A DNA stretch of 64,000 nucleotides from an uncultured Gemmatimonadales bacterium (GTDB taxonomy: Bacteria > Gemmatimonadota > Gemmatimonadetes > Longimicrobiales > RSA9), in the NCBI GenBank assembly GCA_963798085.1, contig CAWCRS010000001.1, positions 384,001 to 448,000 on the forward strand. The letters run 5' to 3'. The notes under the pieces are model-generated. The model did no database searches and was not told where the DNA came from. It saw only the letters and a list, made by a program, of their open reading frames with translations. Positions 1 to 10,110 of this stretch are shown here, piece by piece. The stretch's first letter is position 1. Every line of letters starts with the position of its first letter. Both the position numbers and the translations under genes were made by a program.

Positions 1-2139
1 TCGTCTGCTGCAGGAATCGGATGCGACGAAGCCGGGCGACGCGCCCGTCGTCGTGCTCGGTGATGCGCTCTGGCATTGCATGTTCGGTGGTGATGCGGCC
101 GTTGTGGGTCGCAGCATTGAGCTGGGCGGCTATCCATTCACCGTCATCGGCATTGCCCCGCGCGGGTTTCGCGGCACCGAGCTGTCCAGTGTGCCCGAGC
201 TCTTCATACCCGTGACGATGGTCCGCCAGGTGGCGCGCAGTGGTCTCTACGCGCAGGAAGTGCTGGCGACGCGCTGGTTCTCCTGGCTGCGCATGGTCGG
301 ACGGCTGCGCCCACCGGGTCGTGACGGCGAGGCTGGCGCATTGATGGCGCAGGCAAGCGCGGAGCTGAACGCGACCATGGCGGGCATTCGCGCCGAGTTC
401 CCGGCCGAGTTCTCGAGGCGAGATCCCACCTCGGGCCGGATCAGTCTGCTGCCTGTCAACGCGGGTGTGCTCGCAGGCAGTCGCACGGAGCTTCAGCATT
501 TCCTTGCGATGCCCCTGGCCGTGGTCGCGCTCACGCTCCTCATTGCCTGCCTCAACGTGGCGACACTGCTGCTGGTGCGCGCGGCGGAGCGAACGCGCGA
601 GTTCGGCGTGCGTGCCGCGATCGGGGCTGGGCGCGCGAGGCTCGCGCGCCAGGTGCTCACGGAGAGTCTGCTGCTTGCGGGCGGCGGCGCCGTCCTCAGC
701 CTGGGCTTCATCTACAGCACGACGACGCTGCTGCGGCGCTTCACGCTGCCCGGCGATGTACGCATTGACGGGCTCGACCTGGCCCTGGACACGCGCGTGG
801 TGTGGGTTGCGCTGGCGCTGGCGTTGCTGACAGCGCTGTTATTCGGTGTGATGCCCGCGTGGCGGGCGTCACGGCTGGATCCGAAGCTGGCGATCAGCGG
901 GCAGGGTGCACTGGACGCGCATCGCGGCGGCCGGCTGCGCACGGCGCTGGTCTCCGCACAGGTGGGACTTTCCCTCGTGCTGGTGATTGGCGCCACACTG
1001 TTCCTGCGCAGCATGGGTCGCGGTCTTCACACGGACCTCGGCTTCAATGGCCGGGGCGTGGCCGCCATTCTCGTTCGGGCTGCGCCAGCAGGGCTACGAT
1101 GCCGGCCGAGCCACGGCGTTCTACGAGGCACTGCTGCGTCGCGTGGCATTGTCGCCTGACATTGACGCGGTTGCGCTGGCAACGCACGTACCCATCGCGA
1201 CACGGCGAACCGCGACGCCCGTCACAGCGAACGTGAGCACGGGTCCGCAGCCGCCACCACCCGGCTCCATGCCCGCAAGCATGACGGCGGTGAACGCGGT
1301 GGCCGGCGACTACCTGCGCGTGCTGGGCATCCGGCTGGTAGCGGGCAGCGGTTTCGCAGGCGACGAGGGTGCGGCATCGCCGGCCGTCGCGCTCGTCAGC
1401 GAGGCGGCCGCGCGCAAGTTCTGGCCGGGCGCGAGCGCGGTCGGCAAACAGCTCCAGCTGGTGCCCGGCGTGGGCCGGCCCATCACGGTGCTGGGCGTCG
1501 TCGCGGACGTGCGCGCCCACGCGCTCGACGAGCCCGCGCCGGCCTACGTCTATGTGCCCGCGCTGCAGGCGCTCGATATCGGCCCGCTCGATGAGGTGAG
1601 CGTGCTCGCGCGCACCCGCGGCGCCGGCGGTGATGCCCTCGCGCTGCTGCGTCGCACACTGGCCGATCTCGACCCCGCACTGCCGCTCTTCAATGCCCAT
1701 CTCGGTGAGCGACCAGATCGATGCCGTACTCATGCCGCAACGTTTCGGGCTCACGCTGCTCGGCATCTTCGGCACGGTCGCACTGCTGATTGCCGCGGTC
1801 GGCATCTACGGGGTGGTCGCGTACACGGTGACACTGCGCTGGAAGGAAATGAGTCTGCGCGTGGCTCTGGGCGCCCGCCCCTGGCAGGTGGCGCGTCTGG
1901 CCGCACGCGATGTGGGCATCGCCGTGGCGGCGGGAGGCGTGGCCGGCCTGATGACAGCCATGTTCGCGGCCCGCCTGCTCGCGCCTTTCCTCTACGGCGT
2001 GGGCGCACGCGATGCGGAGTCGCTGGCGGGCGCTGTGGTTACCGTGGGTGCGGTCACTACCGTCGCCGCGCTGCTGCCGGCGCTCCGGGCGAGGCACGCG
2101 CACGCGGCATCCGTGCTGCGGGCGCCTTCTGGTGGCTGA
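1..2139 (+). CDS. ABC transporter permease, MacB/FtsX duplicated (ADOP-type); 5'-truncated by window, frameshifted near 1075 and 1700
   Basis: Three overlapping ORFs (53-1159, 987-~1700, 1630-2139) join into one permease with motifs LLIACLNVATLLLVRAAERTREFGVRAAIGA and GIYGVVAYTV..RVALGA. Confidence 0.85.
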
Positions 2140-2148
2140 GGCCTCTAC

Positions 2149-2240
2149 TGAGTTTGTACGGCGAGGGCGCGGAGGACGGAAACTTCATCATCACACAGAG
2201 GAAGGAACAGAAGGAACGGAGGACACGGGGCACGGATTCC
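2149..2240 (+). repeat. Intergenic repeat family 1 (core CATCATCACACAGRGG), left copy
   Basis: GAGGGCGCGGAGGACGGA..CATCATCACACAGAGGAAGGA..CACGGGGCACGGATT is an imperfect reverse complement of 3039-3130. Confidence 0.8.
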
Positions 2241-2635
2241 GGGGAATCGCGGGGCAGGCTCCCGGGTGGGGAGGTGATGCCCCGGGGTGCGGTCGAGGAT
2301 GAGGAGGTGATGCGGGCGGGCAAGTCGAGGGTGGTGTGATGTGTGGAGAGCCTGATCTAACTACAGGTTATGTGCTATCGCGTGTTCCGGACGCGACTGC
2401 TCATTGGCGCCGGCACACAAACGGACTTTGACCTGGTGACGCCGGTGCCGGCCAATGGCCCGGTTTGTCGATCTCGGTATGTGATGCAACGCGAATGATC
2501 GTGCGGCGGCGGCCTCCCGAACGCCCGCGAGCCGAGCCGTAACTGAGGAACCCTGGGCAATCCAATGCGCACCGGGCGCCGGGGGTAATGCACATGGTCT
2601 CGATTCCCGACACGCCTGTCGCGAAGACCCCAGGC

Positions 2636-2872
2636 TCAGGCGCGACGCGGTGATTCGCCGCTGGTCTTCGAGGCAACCCAGTTGAGCAGCATCAGGCACG
2701 GCACTATGTACGGGAATATCCCGTAGAGTGTGTCGCTCACGGAATGCGAGTGCCGGTCCACTGCGGTGAACACCTGGCCGCAGAAGATCAGCGCCAGAAT
2801 CAGCAGCGCAAATCCCTGCCACCGCACCGGTCTGTAGATCCACCCCCACGACGCAAACCAGCGGCGCTCCAT
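2636..2872 (-). CDS. Small two-TM membrane protein, hypothetical (78 aa)
   Basis: Aromatic-rich N-terminus (WGWIYRPVRWQG), two hydrophobic segments, GGAGG upstream. Confidence 0.7.
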   Translation of the reverse strand: MERRWFASWGWIYRPVRWQGFALLILALIFCGQVFTAVDRHSHSVSDTLYGIFPYIVPCLMLLNWVASKTSGESPRRA

Positions 2873-3038
2873 TTCATGCCTCCCGCGTTGCCATCCTGTC
2901 GCCGGGACTTCCCATCATGTTTACCAGATGATCGCATACCACCCACGCGAAGCGCACTCCCAGCATCCTGATCGCCGCACACGACGTGACTTCCGGCAGT
3001 CGGGATCAGAAAGAGGCCGAAGCGTCTCACCACTCCAC

Positions 3039-3130
3039 CAATCCGTCCCCTGTGCCCCCCATCCCCTCCCGTCCTTCCTCTGTGTGATGATGCAGTGAAT
3101 CCGTTCTCCGCGCCCTCTCCGTCAGGACTC
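3039..3130 (-). repeat. Intergenic repeat family 1, right (inverted) copy
   Basis: TCCTTCCTCTGTGTGATGATG..TCCGTTCTCCGCGCCCTC, reverse complement of 2149-2240. Confidence 0.8.
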
Positions 3131-3225
3131 CGTCAGGACTCCGTCAGACTCTCGTCAGACTCTCCGTCAGACTCTCCGTCAGACCTCTCGTCAGACTCTC
3201 TGTCGGACTCTACGTCAAACTCTCT
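3119..3225. repeat. Degenerate tandem repeat of 11-12 bp units (CCGTCAGACTCT), about 9 copies
   Basis: Directly visible run of cgtcaggactc / cgtcagactct units. Confidence 0.85.
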
Positions 3226-3226
3226 G

Positions 3227-3853
3227 TTACCCACCGTGTCCCCCACCCCCGGTGGCGCGCGGCGGTGTGATCATGATGTGGGCGCCGGGCGTCCCGGGGA
3301 ACATGATCCAGGGGTCGGTCGTCGAGCCCATGATGGAGAGCCCGGTGGATTCGGCTGTGGCGCCGGGGATGTAGATCGTGGTGCGTCGATACTCGCCTTC
3401 CACCTTGCCGGTCGCGGGATCGAATTGTTTGCCGGAGAGTGTGTAGAGCACGGCGGGCTTTTCCGGCATTCTGAGTGTGCCCTGCTGGGCTTCGGCCCAG
3501 CGCTTCTGGTTACGGGCCTCGCCTTGTACGCCCTGCGCCAGCAGTTCGCGGCCGCGGGCCATGTAGGGTTCGAGCGAGATGTGGTAGCAGTCGACCTCGA
3601 AGCCTGTGCGCTTCGGGTCATCGGCCAGGCAGACCATGTCGTTGGTGCCGGCGCGGAGCTGCGTGAATTTGCCGTCGGCGCCCCAGCCCAGCACGCGGGC
3701 CCCGGCGCGCCGGTCCTCGGGTGCGGCCAGCACGGCGGCGGAGATCTGCTCGCTGGGAGGCGGTGCCTGTGCCTGTGCGACGGCGGCGCTGAAGAACGGC
3801 GTCGCCAATAAACTGGCTGTTAGAAGCGTTGCGCGTGTCATCGACTCCTCCAT
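3227..3853 (-). CDS. Secreted hypothetical protein
   Basis: Signal peptide ending AQAQA; globular sequence with MVCLADDP, DCYH and PWIMFPGTPGAHIM. Confidence 0.8.
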   Translation of the reverse strand: MEESMTRATLLTASLLATPFFSAAVAQAQAPPPSEQISAAVLAAPEDRRAGARVLGWGADGKFTQLRAGTNDMVCLADDPKRTGFEVDCYHISLEPYMARGRELLAQGVQGEARNQKRWAEAQQGTLRMPEKPAVLYTLSGKQFDPATGKVEGEYRRTTIYIPGATAESTGLSIMGSTTDPWIMFPGTPGAHIMITPPRATGGGGHGG

Positions 3854-3921
3854 GGGTAAGGCGCTGCGGGCGCCGCTCGTGGCGCCCCTCGAATATACCG
3901 GTGGAACTGTGCCCGCTCGTG

Positions 3922-5106
3922 TCAGAGCGTGCGCAGGAAGCGCAGCAGTGCGGCACGCGTGGCCAGGTCCATGCCCTCGAACGCGCGGCTCGATGCTGCG
4001 GCCTCGCCGCCGTGCAGCTGAATCGCGATGTCCAGGTTGCGCGCGGCGGAGTTGTGCATGAACGGCTGGCGCAGGCGCAGTCCCATGAGTGGCGCGGTGC
4101 GCAACTCGGAGGGAGCGGCGCCACGGCCGCAGATGCTGTTCATGTCATGCCCCAGGTCGTGCAGCAGCAGATCCGAATAGAGTGCGACGTTCTTGCGATC
4201 CAGCACCGGCACATCACTCGGGCCGGTCTTCATGATGGGCACGTGGCAGCTGGCGCAGCCCGCACTCAGGAAGGCGCGTTCGCCGCGACGCACGGTGTCC
4301 GCGGCCGCGCCGGTAACTGCAGCCCGTTCGGGCACGGCGAGGTAGCGGACGAAGTCGGTGATGAGCGCGAGGGCGGAGTCGGGGATCTCGGGATCGGGCG
4401 CGGGATCGACACCGGCAGGAAGCGGCCGGCCGTTCACCTTTTCTTCTTCGGGGTGAATTGTCGTCGTCAGACCCATCTCGACGATCAGTGCTTCCGCAAT
4501 GAAATCGCGCAGCGAAACGAATTCGGCGCGCCGGCCGAAGCGGCCGATGTGGCCGGTCGCATCGCGACCGACGCGGCCGGAAATGCCGTCATGGTTGCTG
4601 TCGGCGGAATCAGCGCGTGCGGCGATCTCGTTTTCCGGGATCGCTTCCACCAGGCCCAGACCATACAGCGAGGGGGGCGTGATGGATGCCTGCTCGGTGG
4701 CGTCGGCGGGTATTGCCTCGAGCTTGCCGCCGTGCGCCAGCAGCGCCGCCGTTGCGCGCTGCTGAATCACATCGCCGCCTTCCGCCTCGAGCAGATCGCA
4801 GCGCTGGTTCGCCTCGTCCCAGTGCGTGGCCTTCGTCACGTGCTCGGCGCCGTAGCCACCGAGCGCCGGCAGATCGTGACAGGAGCTGCAGCGATGCTGG
4901 TTGTAGAGCGGGCCGAGTCCTTCCGCATCGGTGAACTCGTGATGGAAAAGATCGCGCCCGCGCTGGAAGCGGCCGAGCCGTGTGGCATCGAGGCCTGGCA
5001 GCGGCTCACCGGGTGCCGCGTAGCCTTCGCCCTGAATGACATCGGCGGCGCCGCGCGCACAGGCTGCACTGGCAAGCGTGAGCAGCAGAATCGGGAGCTT
5101 CGTCAT
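3922..5106 (-). CDS. Di-heme oxidoreductase (DHOR) family protein
   Basis: Two CxxCH motifs (CSSCH, CASCH), GLGPLYN, YSDLLLHD, RTAPLMG, HGGEA; signal peptide from MTKLPILL. Confidence 0.9.
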   Translation of the reverse strand: MTKLPILLLTLASAACARGAADVIQGEGYAAPGEPLPGLDATRLGRFQRGRDLFHHEFTDAEGLGPLYNQHRCSSCHDLPALGGYGAEHVTKATHWDEANQRCDLLEAEGGDVIQQRATAALLAHGGKLEAIPADATEQASITPPSLYGLGLVEAIPENEIAARADSADSNHDGISGRVGRDATGHIGRFGRRAEFVSLRDFIAEALIVEMGLTTTIHPEEEKVNGRPLPAGVDPAPDPEIPDSALALITDFVRYLAVPERAAVTGAAADTVRRGERAFLSAGCASCHVPIMKTGPSDVPVLDRKNVALYSDLLLHDLGHDMNSICGRGAAPSELRTAPLMGLRLRQPFMHNSAARNLDIAIQLHGGEAAASSRAFEGMDLATRAALLRFLRTL

Positions 5107-5450
5107 TACGACCAGTGGTTTGCGTACGCGTTCAAGCTCGCGCAGGATGGCCCCGGCTCGCAAGTCTTGCCAGTGCCCGCGGAAACACGCTACTGCCAGC
5201 CACCGCGAGCCATGCCGACCGGGGACGTCGCACGAAACACACACGTAGATTGCAGCACGCTCGCCTGACCGCTGTGCTCTTCGCCTGCGCGGCGAACGCG
5301 CAAGCAGGATGTGCCGGCGAGAGGAACGCTGCGTCGTCGTCTGCCATCCGCGATGACAGCGTCGCGGTGGGGCGTGCACTGGCGCGCTGCACAGCGTTCA
5401 ATCCTGCATCACCTCGAATCGAACGGATTGCCGTGATTCACTGCAAACCG

Positions 5451-5960
5451 TCAGCGGTCGGTCTTGCGTGAAATCTCGAAGCGAATCGACTTGAGCGAGT
5501 CGGCGGCTGGCGGCAACTCCGCGTTGCCGGCCGGGAAGCCGTTGTACTGCAGCAGGAACGCCAGGATGTCTGACAGCTTGTTCTGTTCGAGTGGGGGCGG
5601 CGGCGGTGTGTCGGGCGGCATCTCGCGCATTTTCTGATTCAGCTCCGCCAGCATCTTGCCGTTCCAGTTCACGAGGAAGTCCTGGCCCTTGAGCGGTGCC
5701 CCGTCGTCCACGCCTTCGAGGTCTTCGCCGTGACACTTCACGCACTTGTCGTAGTACAGGTCCGCGCCGCGCTTCGCCTGGGTGGCCGTGTAGACGCTGT
5801 CCCAGACCGAGCGATCGGCACGGGGGCCTTCTAACAGCGTATTTCCGGGTGCGGGTGGTCGCGCGGCGGGCAGCACGAGCAGCGCGATCAGTCCGGTCGC
5901 GGCCGCGGCGGGCAGGAGAACGCTACGGGAGCGGTGACGGGGTGTGGGTTCGGAGCGCAT
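5451..5960 (-). CDS. Monoheme cytochrome c
   Basis: SVWDSVYTATQAKRG, CVKCH, distal MPP, NGFPAG; N-terminal hydrophobic segment. Confidence 0.85.
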   Translation of the reverse strand: MRSEPTPRHRSRSVLLPAAAATGLIALLVLPAARPPAPGNTLLEGPRADRSVWDSVYTATQAKRGADLYYDKCVKCHGEDLEGVDDGAPLKGQDFLVNWNGKMLAELNQKMREMPPDTPPPPPLEQNKLSDILAFLLQYNGFPAGNAELPPAADSLKSIRFEISRKTDR

Positions 5961-6496
5961 GAGTGTCGTGGTTCTTCCAGCGAGCGTGTTCGGATGCAGA
6001 GCTGCGGCCGGCACCGGCCGCTGCCGGGACAATGTGCTGCCCTGGCGCGCCCGCGCCAGTGGGTGGGCGGGAGGCACCGGGCGGGGCGGACATGGAGGAC
6101 GCGGATTCGCGTGAGATTACCTGGAGGGTTCTTGAGAACGGATCTCTTCACGCGGAGGATCGCAGAGGGACAGGGGGCACTGAGGACGGAGCGCGGGTGG
6201 GTGGTTTGCGCGTTTTCGGCCGTCCCATCCGGGGCCGTCGGTTCACCTCAAAGGTCACGGTGGCCCGTGATTCGGTCCGCAGCGGGCGCGCGAACGTGCG
6301 GTGCGGGCTGTTAGGACGGTGAAGAGAATCGGGGTGGATCGTCGTCTGAAATGCGGCGGGGACTGTGGATCCTGTGCGTGCCGGAGCGGGCTTGCCGGTG
6401 CCGGGACGGGGGTCTAGTTTGGGCGGTGCCGCAGGACTGAGGGGCAGCGTGCGGGCTGCCGGTTCCCCGATGAGCGACCGACCGAGTGAGGGAAGT

Positions 6497-7012
6497 ATGC
6501 GATATCCTGTCAGAACCCTGGGCGCAGTTGTCTTCTGCGCTGCCGCATTGCTGGCGGATCAGGCATGGCGCGGAACGTTGTGGGCGCAGGATGCCGGCGA
6601 GGTGCTGACGAACGAGTCGGTCGTGCAGATGGTTACGGGCAAGCTTTCGAAGGACCTGATTCTCGCCAAGATCCAGGGCACGAAGAATTCGTTCGACGTG
6701 ACGGCCGATGGTCTGATTGCGCTGACGACAGCCAGGGTCCCGGTCGAGATCCAGCGTGCGATGCTCAAGGCGGTGATGACGCCGAAGCCGGGCGAAACGC
6801 ACGCGGCGAGCAGTGAAGTGCTCACCAACGACATCGTGGTGCGCATGGTGCAGGGGAGGGTCTCGCAGGACCTGATCCTGACGAAGGTGTCGGGAACGAA
6901 GAACACGTTCGACCTGACCGCGAACGGCCTGGTCGCGCTGAATCAGAGCAAGGTGCCGAAGGCCGTGATCCAGGCGATGATGTCGGCGCCGCACGGCGGA
7001 CCGAAGCCCTGA
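6497..7012 (+). CDS. Secreted protein with two tandem ~55-aa helical repeats
   Basis: Signal peptide; EVLTNESVVQMV..DLILAKI..FDVTADGLIAL is repeated as EVLTNDIVVRMV..DLILTKV..FDLTANGLVAL. Confidence 0.85.
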   Translation: MRYPVRTLGAVVFCAAALLADQAWRGTLWAQDAGEVLTNESVVQMVTGKLSKDLILAKIQGTKNSFDVTADGLIALTTARVPVEIQRAMLKAVMTPKPGETHAASSEVLTNDIVVRMVQGRVSQDLILTKVSGTKNTFDLTANGLVALNQSKVPKAVIQAMMSAPHGGPKP

Positions 7013-7053
7013 TTCGAGGTCCCGCCCGCACACGCGTCCCCGCTGCGTGATGA

Positions 7054-8401
7054 TCAGTTCGACTTCGACCAGGGCAGTGTGGGCAGCAGCAGGCCCCAGT
7101 CGAAGTTGACCGTGAGTGCGGGACTGATCCGGCCCACGAGCGGCGCAGTGTAGCCAACGGACACGGACGTGCCGCCCACTAACGGTATGTTGACCGCGGC
7201 GCGCAGCACGAGAAAATCGGTCTGCGTCCGTTCGGCGACGGAATCCGGGCGGTTCGAGTAGCGGAAATCCAGCCCGGTGGAGAAGCGTACCTCCTGCAGT
7301 GCATTGACCAGCCGGCTGCTCTCGAATCCCAGACCACCATCCAGCGCCCAGACCACACTGTCCGTCCGGATGCGCGGATTCGTGTAGCGCACGCCCAGGC
7401 GACCCTGAACCCCAACACGCACGGCTTCGGGATCGGCGGTCAGCGTGCGCCGGCCGAATGCGAAGCCGGCCTGCAGCGCGGTCATCTCCTTCGTGCTGTC
7501 GCCGGCGAGCGTGGGGTCGCCACGGTCGAAGCGCAGATCCACACCGAGGTAGTGCGCGTCCGCCTTCTCGCGCGCCAGCTCCAGGCTCTTGCGCAGTGCC
7601 CTGTAGTCGTCGGCGGAGAGACCCACGGTGACCTTGCCCAGGCAGGCGGCGGGCGTGTCGCCGTAGGCGCTGGCGGCAATGGCGGCCGCGCATTTCCGGA
7701 TGGCAACCGAATCCGGCAGGCTCTCCAGCGCCTGCGCGATCCTGCCGGCGAGGAGGCCTTCCTGCTCCAGGGCTGCGGTGAACGCGTTGTTAACGTCCTG
7801 CAGCAGCTGTTCCCCGGCAGAGAGGCCGGTGATGTTCAATCGTGCGCGCAGGCCCAGGTAACCCAGCCTGTCCGTAATGCTGCTGGTCGAGCCGGTGGAG
7901 ACGGGCACCAGCACCGTCACGTCGCCGAAGCGGCTCCACCGGGCGGCGGCAATGGAATCGGTCCCTCCAAACAGCGTAACAGGATTGAGCGAGAATGGCG
8001 GCAATGGTCTTGGTGCCATCGTTCGTGCCGGCAGTGGTCAGGTTGGCGGCCGCGAGGGCAGTGGGCAGTGTGGACGGCACAGCATCGGACTGGCCGGGGA
8101 CGCCGGACACGTTCGCAGTCATTGACCGTGATGATTGCAGCTTGCGCGCGGTCAGCTGCGTCGCGGTGTCGGACTTCGCGCGCACGTGGTAGAAGGTGTC
8201 CGTGATCGCGCCGACCAGGACAACCGCAAGCGTACGGCAATCGGCGCCATCGGGCGCGCCGCCCTCACGCGCGCGCAGTACGGCGCGGCACTCGGCCTGT
8301 GCATCGCGCTGCTGCGCGGCCAGCGGTACCGGCCCCATTGCGAACAGCGCGGCCAGCAGCGCCGCGCCACTCCAAACACTGTGTTCACGATGACCGCGCA
8401 T
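7054..8401 (-). CDS. Secreted/outer-membrane hypothetical protein, frameshifted near 8000
   Basis: Signal peptide (..PLAAQQ) in the 7790-8419 frame continues in the 7054-8019 frame; C-terminal alternating beta-strand pattern. Confidence 0.65.
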
Positions 8402-8415
8402 GGGCATTCTCCGTG

Positions 8416-8751
8416 TCACTGGACCGAGTAGACCCAGGTGGTGTCGCCGGTGATCTGTTCGTCATCCTTGATCTGATCGCCGACCTGGACGGTCAGCTGG
8501 CCCGCATCGTCGTCATCGGAAACGTCGACGAACGCGCGCAGAATGCCGGCCTTGCCGGCGGCGATGCCGACCGACCCGGTCGCGCCCGGCGCAATCACGG
8601 CAGTTTTCGCGATGGCCTTACCCGTGAACGGACCGAGGCCGACCATCAGGAACGCGGTGCCGCTGTTGTCGACCCCGGCCGCGAAACGTACGGTTACATC
8701 GCTGCCCACGGGGATGATGCCCTTGAACGCCATGACGCCCTCCGCCTTCAT
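8416..8751 (-). CDS. Small beta-rich hypothetical protein (~105-111 aa)
   Basis: Protein-like C-terminal part of ORF 8416-8976 (MAFKGIIPVG..DTTWVYSVQ); GGAGG before the ATG at 8733. Confidence 0.7.
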   Translation of the reverse strand: MKAEGVMAFKGIIPVGSDVTVRFAAGVDNSGTAFLMVGLGPFTGKAIAKTAVIAPGATGSVGIAAGKAGILRAFVDVSDDDDAGQLTVQVGDQIKDDEQITGDTTWVYSVQ

Positions 8752-8893
8752 GTAGATGTGCGCAACAGGAGTGCGTAATCCTGCCGCGCGGGCGGCCACC
8801 CCAGCCAATGTAATGCCGCGAGATGTAAACACAGAACGCCTGCCGCGGCGCGCGCGACAGGCGTCCTGAGTGTTTCGCGGCTTCCCGGTTGGA

Positions 8894-9064
8894 TCAGTTG
8901 CCGCCGTCGTCCGAGGCAAAGCCGGTGAGAGGCGCGATTCTCTCTTCGAGTTCCTCGGCCGAGAACTCAATGGCATCCGCGTCGCGGCCGGTTGCCTTCA
9001 TGACCTTCTTCCGCTGCTCCGGGGTGAGCTGGATGCGGATGGGGTTCTTCTTCTGCTCAGCCAT
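8894..9064 (-). CDS. Putative precursor peptide B, 56 aa: MAEQKKNPIRIQLTPEQRKKVMKATGRDADAIEFSAEELEERIAP-LTGFASDDGGN
   Basis: Translated by hand (below ORF-track cutoff); AGGAGG Shine-Dalgarno upstream; paralog of 9112-9264. Confidence 0.9.
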   Translation of the reverse strand: MAEQKKNPIRIQLTPEQRKKVMKATGRDADAIEFSAEELEERIAPLTGFASDDGGN

Positions 9065-9111
9065 GATTCCCCTCCTGGTGTGTGTGGGATCGACCTGCGT
9101 GGGACTGCGAT

Positions 9112-9264
9112 TTACAGCTTCCTCATCAGCGGGGCAATGCGCTCCTCGAGTTCCTCAGCGGAGAACTCGATCGCGTCGGCGTCGCGGCCCGTGGCGAGCA
9201 GGATCTTCTGACGCTGCTCGGGCGTCAACTCGATGCGGATCGGGCTCTTCTTCTGGTCGGTCAT
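9112..9264 (-). CDS. Putative precursor peptide A, 50 aa: MTDQKKSPIRIELTPEQRQKILLATGRDADAIEFSAEELEERIAP-LMRKL
   Basis: Translated by hand; GGAGGA Shine-Dalgarno upstream; paralog of 8894-9064 with many synonymous differences. Confidence 0.9.
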   Translation of the reverse strand: MTDQKKSPIRIELTPEQRQKILLATGRDADAIEFSAEELEERIAPLMRKL

Positions 9265-9324
9265 GGATTCCTCCGGGTGGGTGAGTGCGCTTTCCAGCGT
9301 GGCCCATGGCGGCCGTGGTGCAAC

Positions 9325-9390
9325 ACGTTAATGGCAGCCGCAGCCGGCCGCGATGACGTGGGTTACGGCGGCAATGTGACCTGGGTTGCA
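9325..9390 (-). promoter_or_regulatory. Candidate Crp/Fnr-type operator pair plus -10 element for the peptide genes
   Basis: TGTGA-N6-TTGCA at 9375-9390, related GATGA-N6-TTACG at 9352-9367, minus-strand TAACGT at 9330-9325. Confidence 0.4.
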
Positions 9391-9417
9391 TCGTCCGGTC
9401 CGGTCGGATGGCCGGAC

Positions 9418-10110
9418 TCAGCCAGCGAAGTCGTCGCCTGTGACCAGGTCGTCGAGGTAGGCATCGATGACATTGCCCGTGACCTGGAAGGTGGTGCGCT
9501 CGGCCAGCAGCTCCTTCAGCAGGCGAGAGATGACGACGCGCGTGGAACCCACGCGCTGCGCCAGCTCTTCGTGTGTGGGTCGTACGAAGCTGACCTCGCC
9601 GTCGTGCGTGGGAATGCCTTCGACGCGCGCGATCTCGATCAACGTCATCAGCAGCCGCCGCTTCACGGGCAGCAGGGCCTGCGCGCCGATCATCTCGTAA
9701 GCGCTGCGCAGGCGCCGCGACAGCTCGGCAAGCAGTGGGCCCTGCACGTGCGGGTACTGGTTGACCCATGCGGCGAAACCGTCGCGGGGAATGCGCGCGA
9801 GCCTCGATTCCGTGAGCGTGGTGCACGTGCCGAAGCAGGTGGGTGACGCGAGTGCGGAATCGAGCCCGATGACGCCGCCGGCGCGCACCACGGTGAGCAC
9901 GACCTCACGACCTTCCTCGCTGAGCAGCGAGACTTTGGCGCGGCCATGGATCATGACGTACACGGCCGTGCACGGATCTCCGTGGCAGACCAGCAGATTG
10001 CCCTTGGGATACGTGTGCGGCACCGCCAGCGCGGCCAGCTCGCGGCGGGCCCGTTCATCTTCTTCGCGCAGGAAGAACACGCGCGGCAGAATCGCTTCCA
10101 CCTCGCTCAT
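9418..10110 (-). CDS. Crp/Fnr family transcriptional regulator
   Basis: cNMP-binding-like domain (YVMIHGRAKV..EEGREV) and C-terminal HTH (THEELAQRVGSTRVVISRLL). Confidence 0.92.
   Translation of the reverse strand: MSEVEAILPRVFFLREEDERARRELAALAVPHTYPKGNLLVCHGDPCTAVYVMIHGRAKVSLLSEEGREVVLTVVRAGGVIGLDSALASPTCFGTCTTLTESRLARIPRDGFAAWVNQYPHVQGPLLAELSRRLRSAYEMIGAQALLPVKRRLLMTLIEIARVEGIPTHDGEVSFVRPTHEELAQRVGSTRVVISRLLKELLAERTTFQVTGNVIDAYLDDLVTGDDFAG

Noticed and set aside
8894..9264. PqqA identity for the small peptides, given the PqqD-like domain and the PQQ dehydrogenase nearby
   Set aside because: Neither peptide has the ExxxY core (no Tyr at all), and no pqqB, pqqC or pqqE is present
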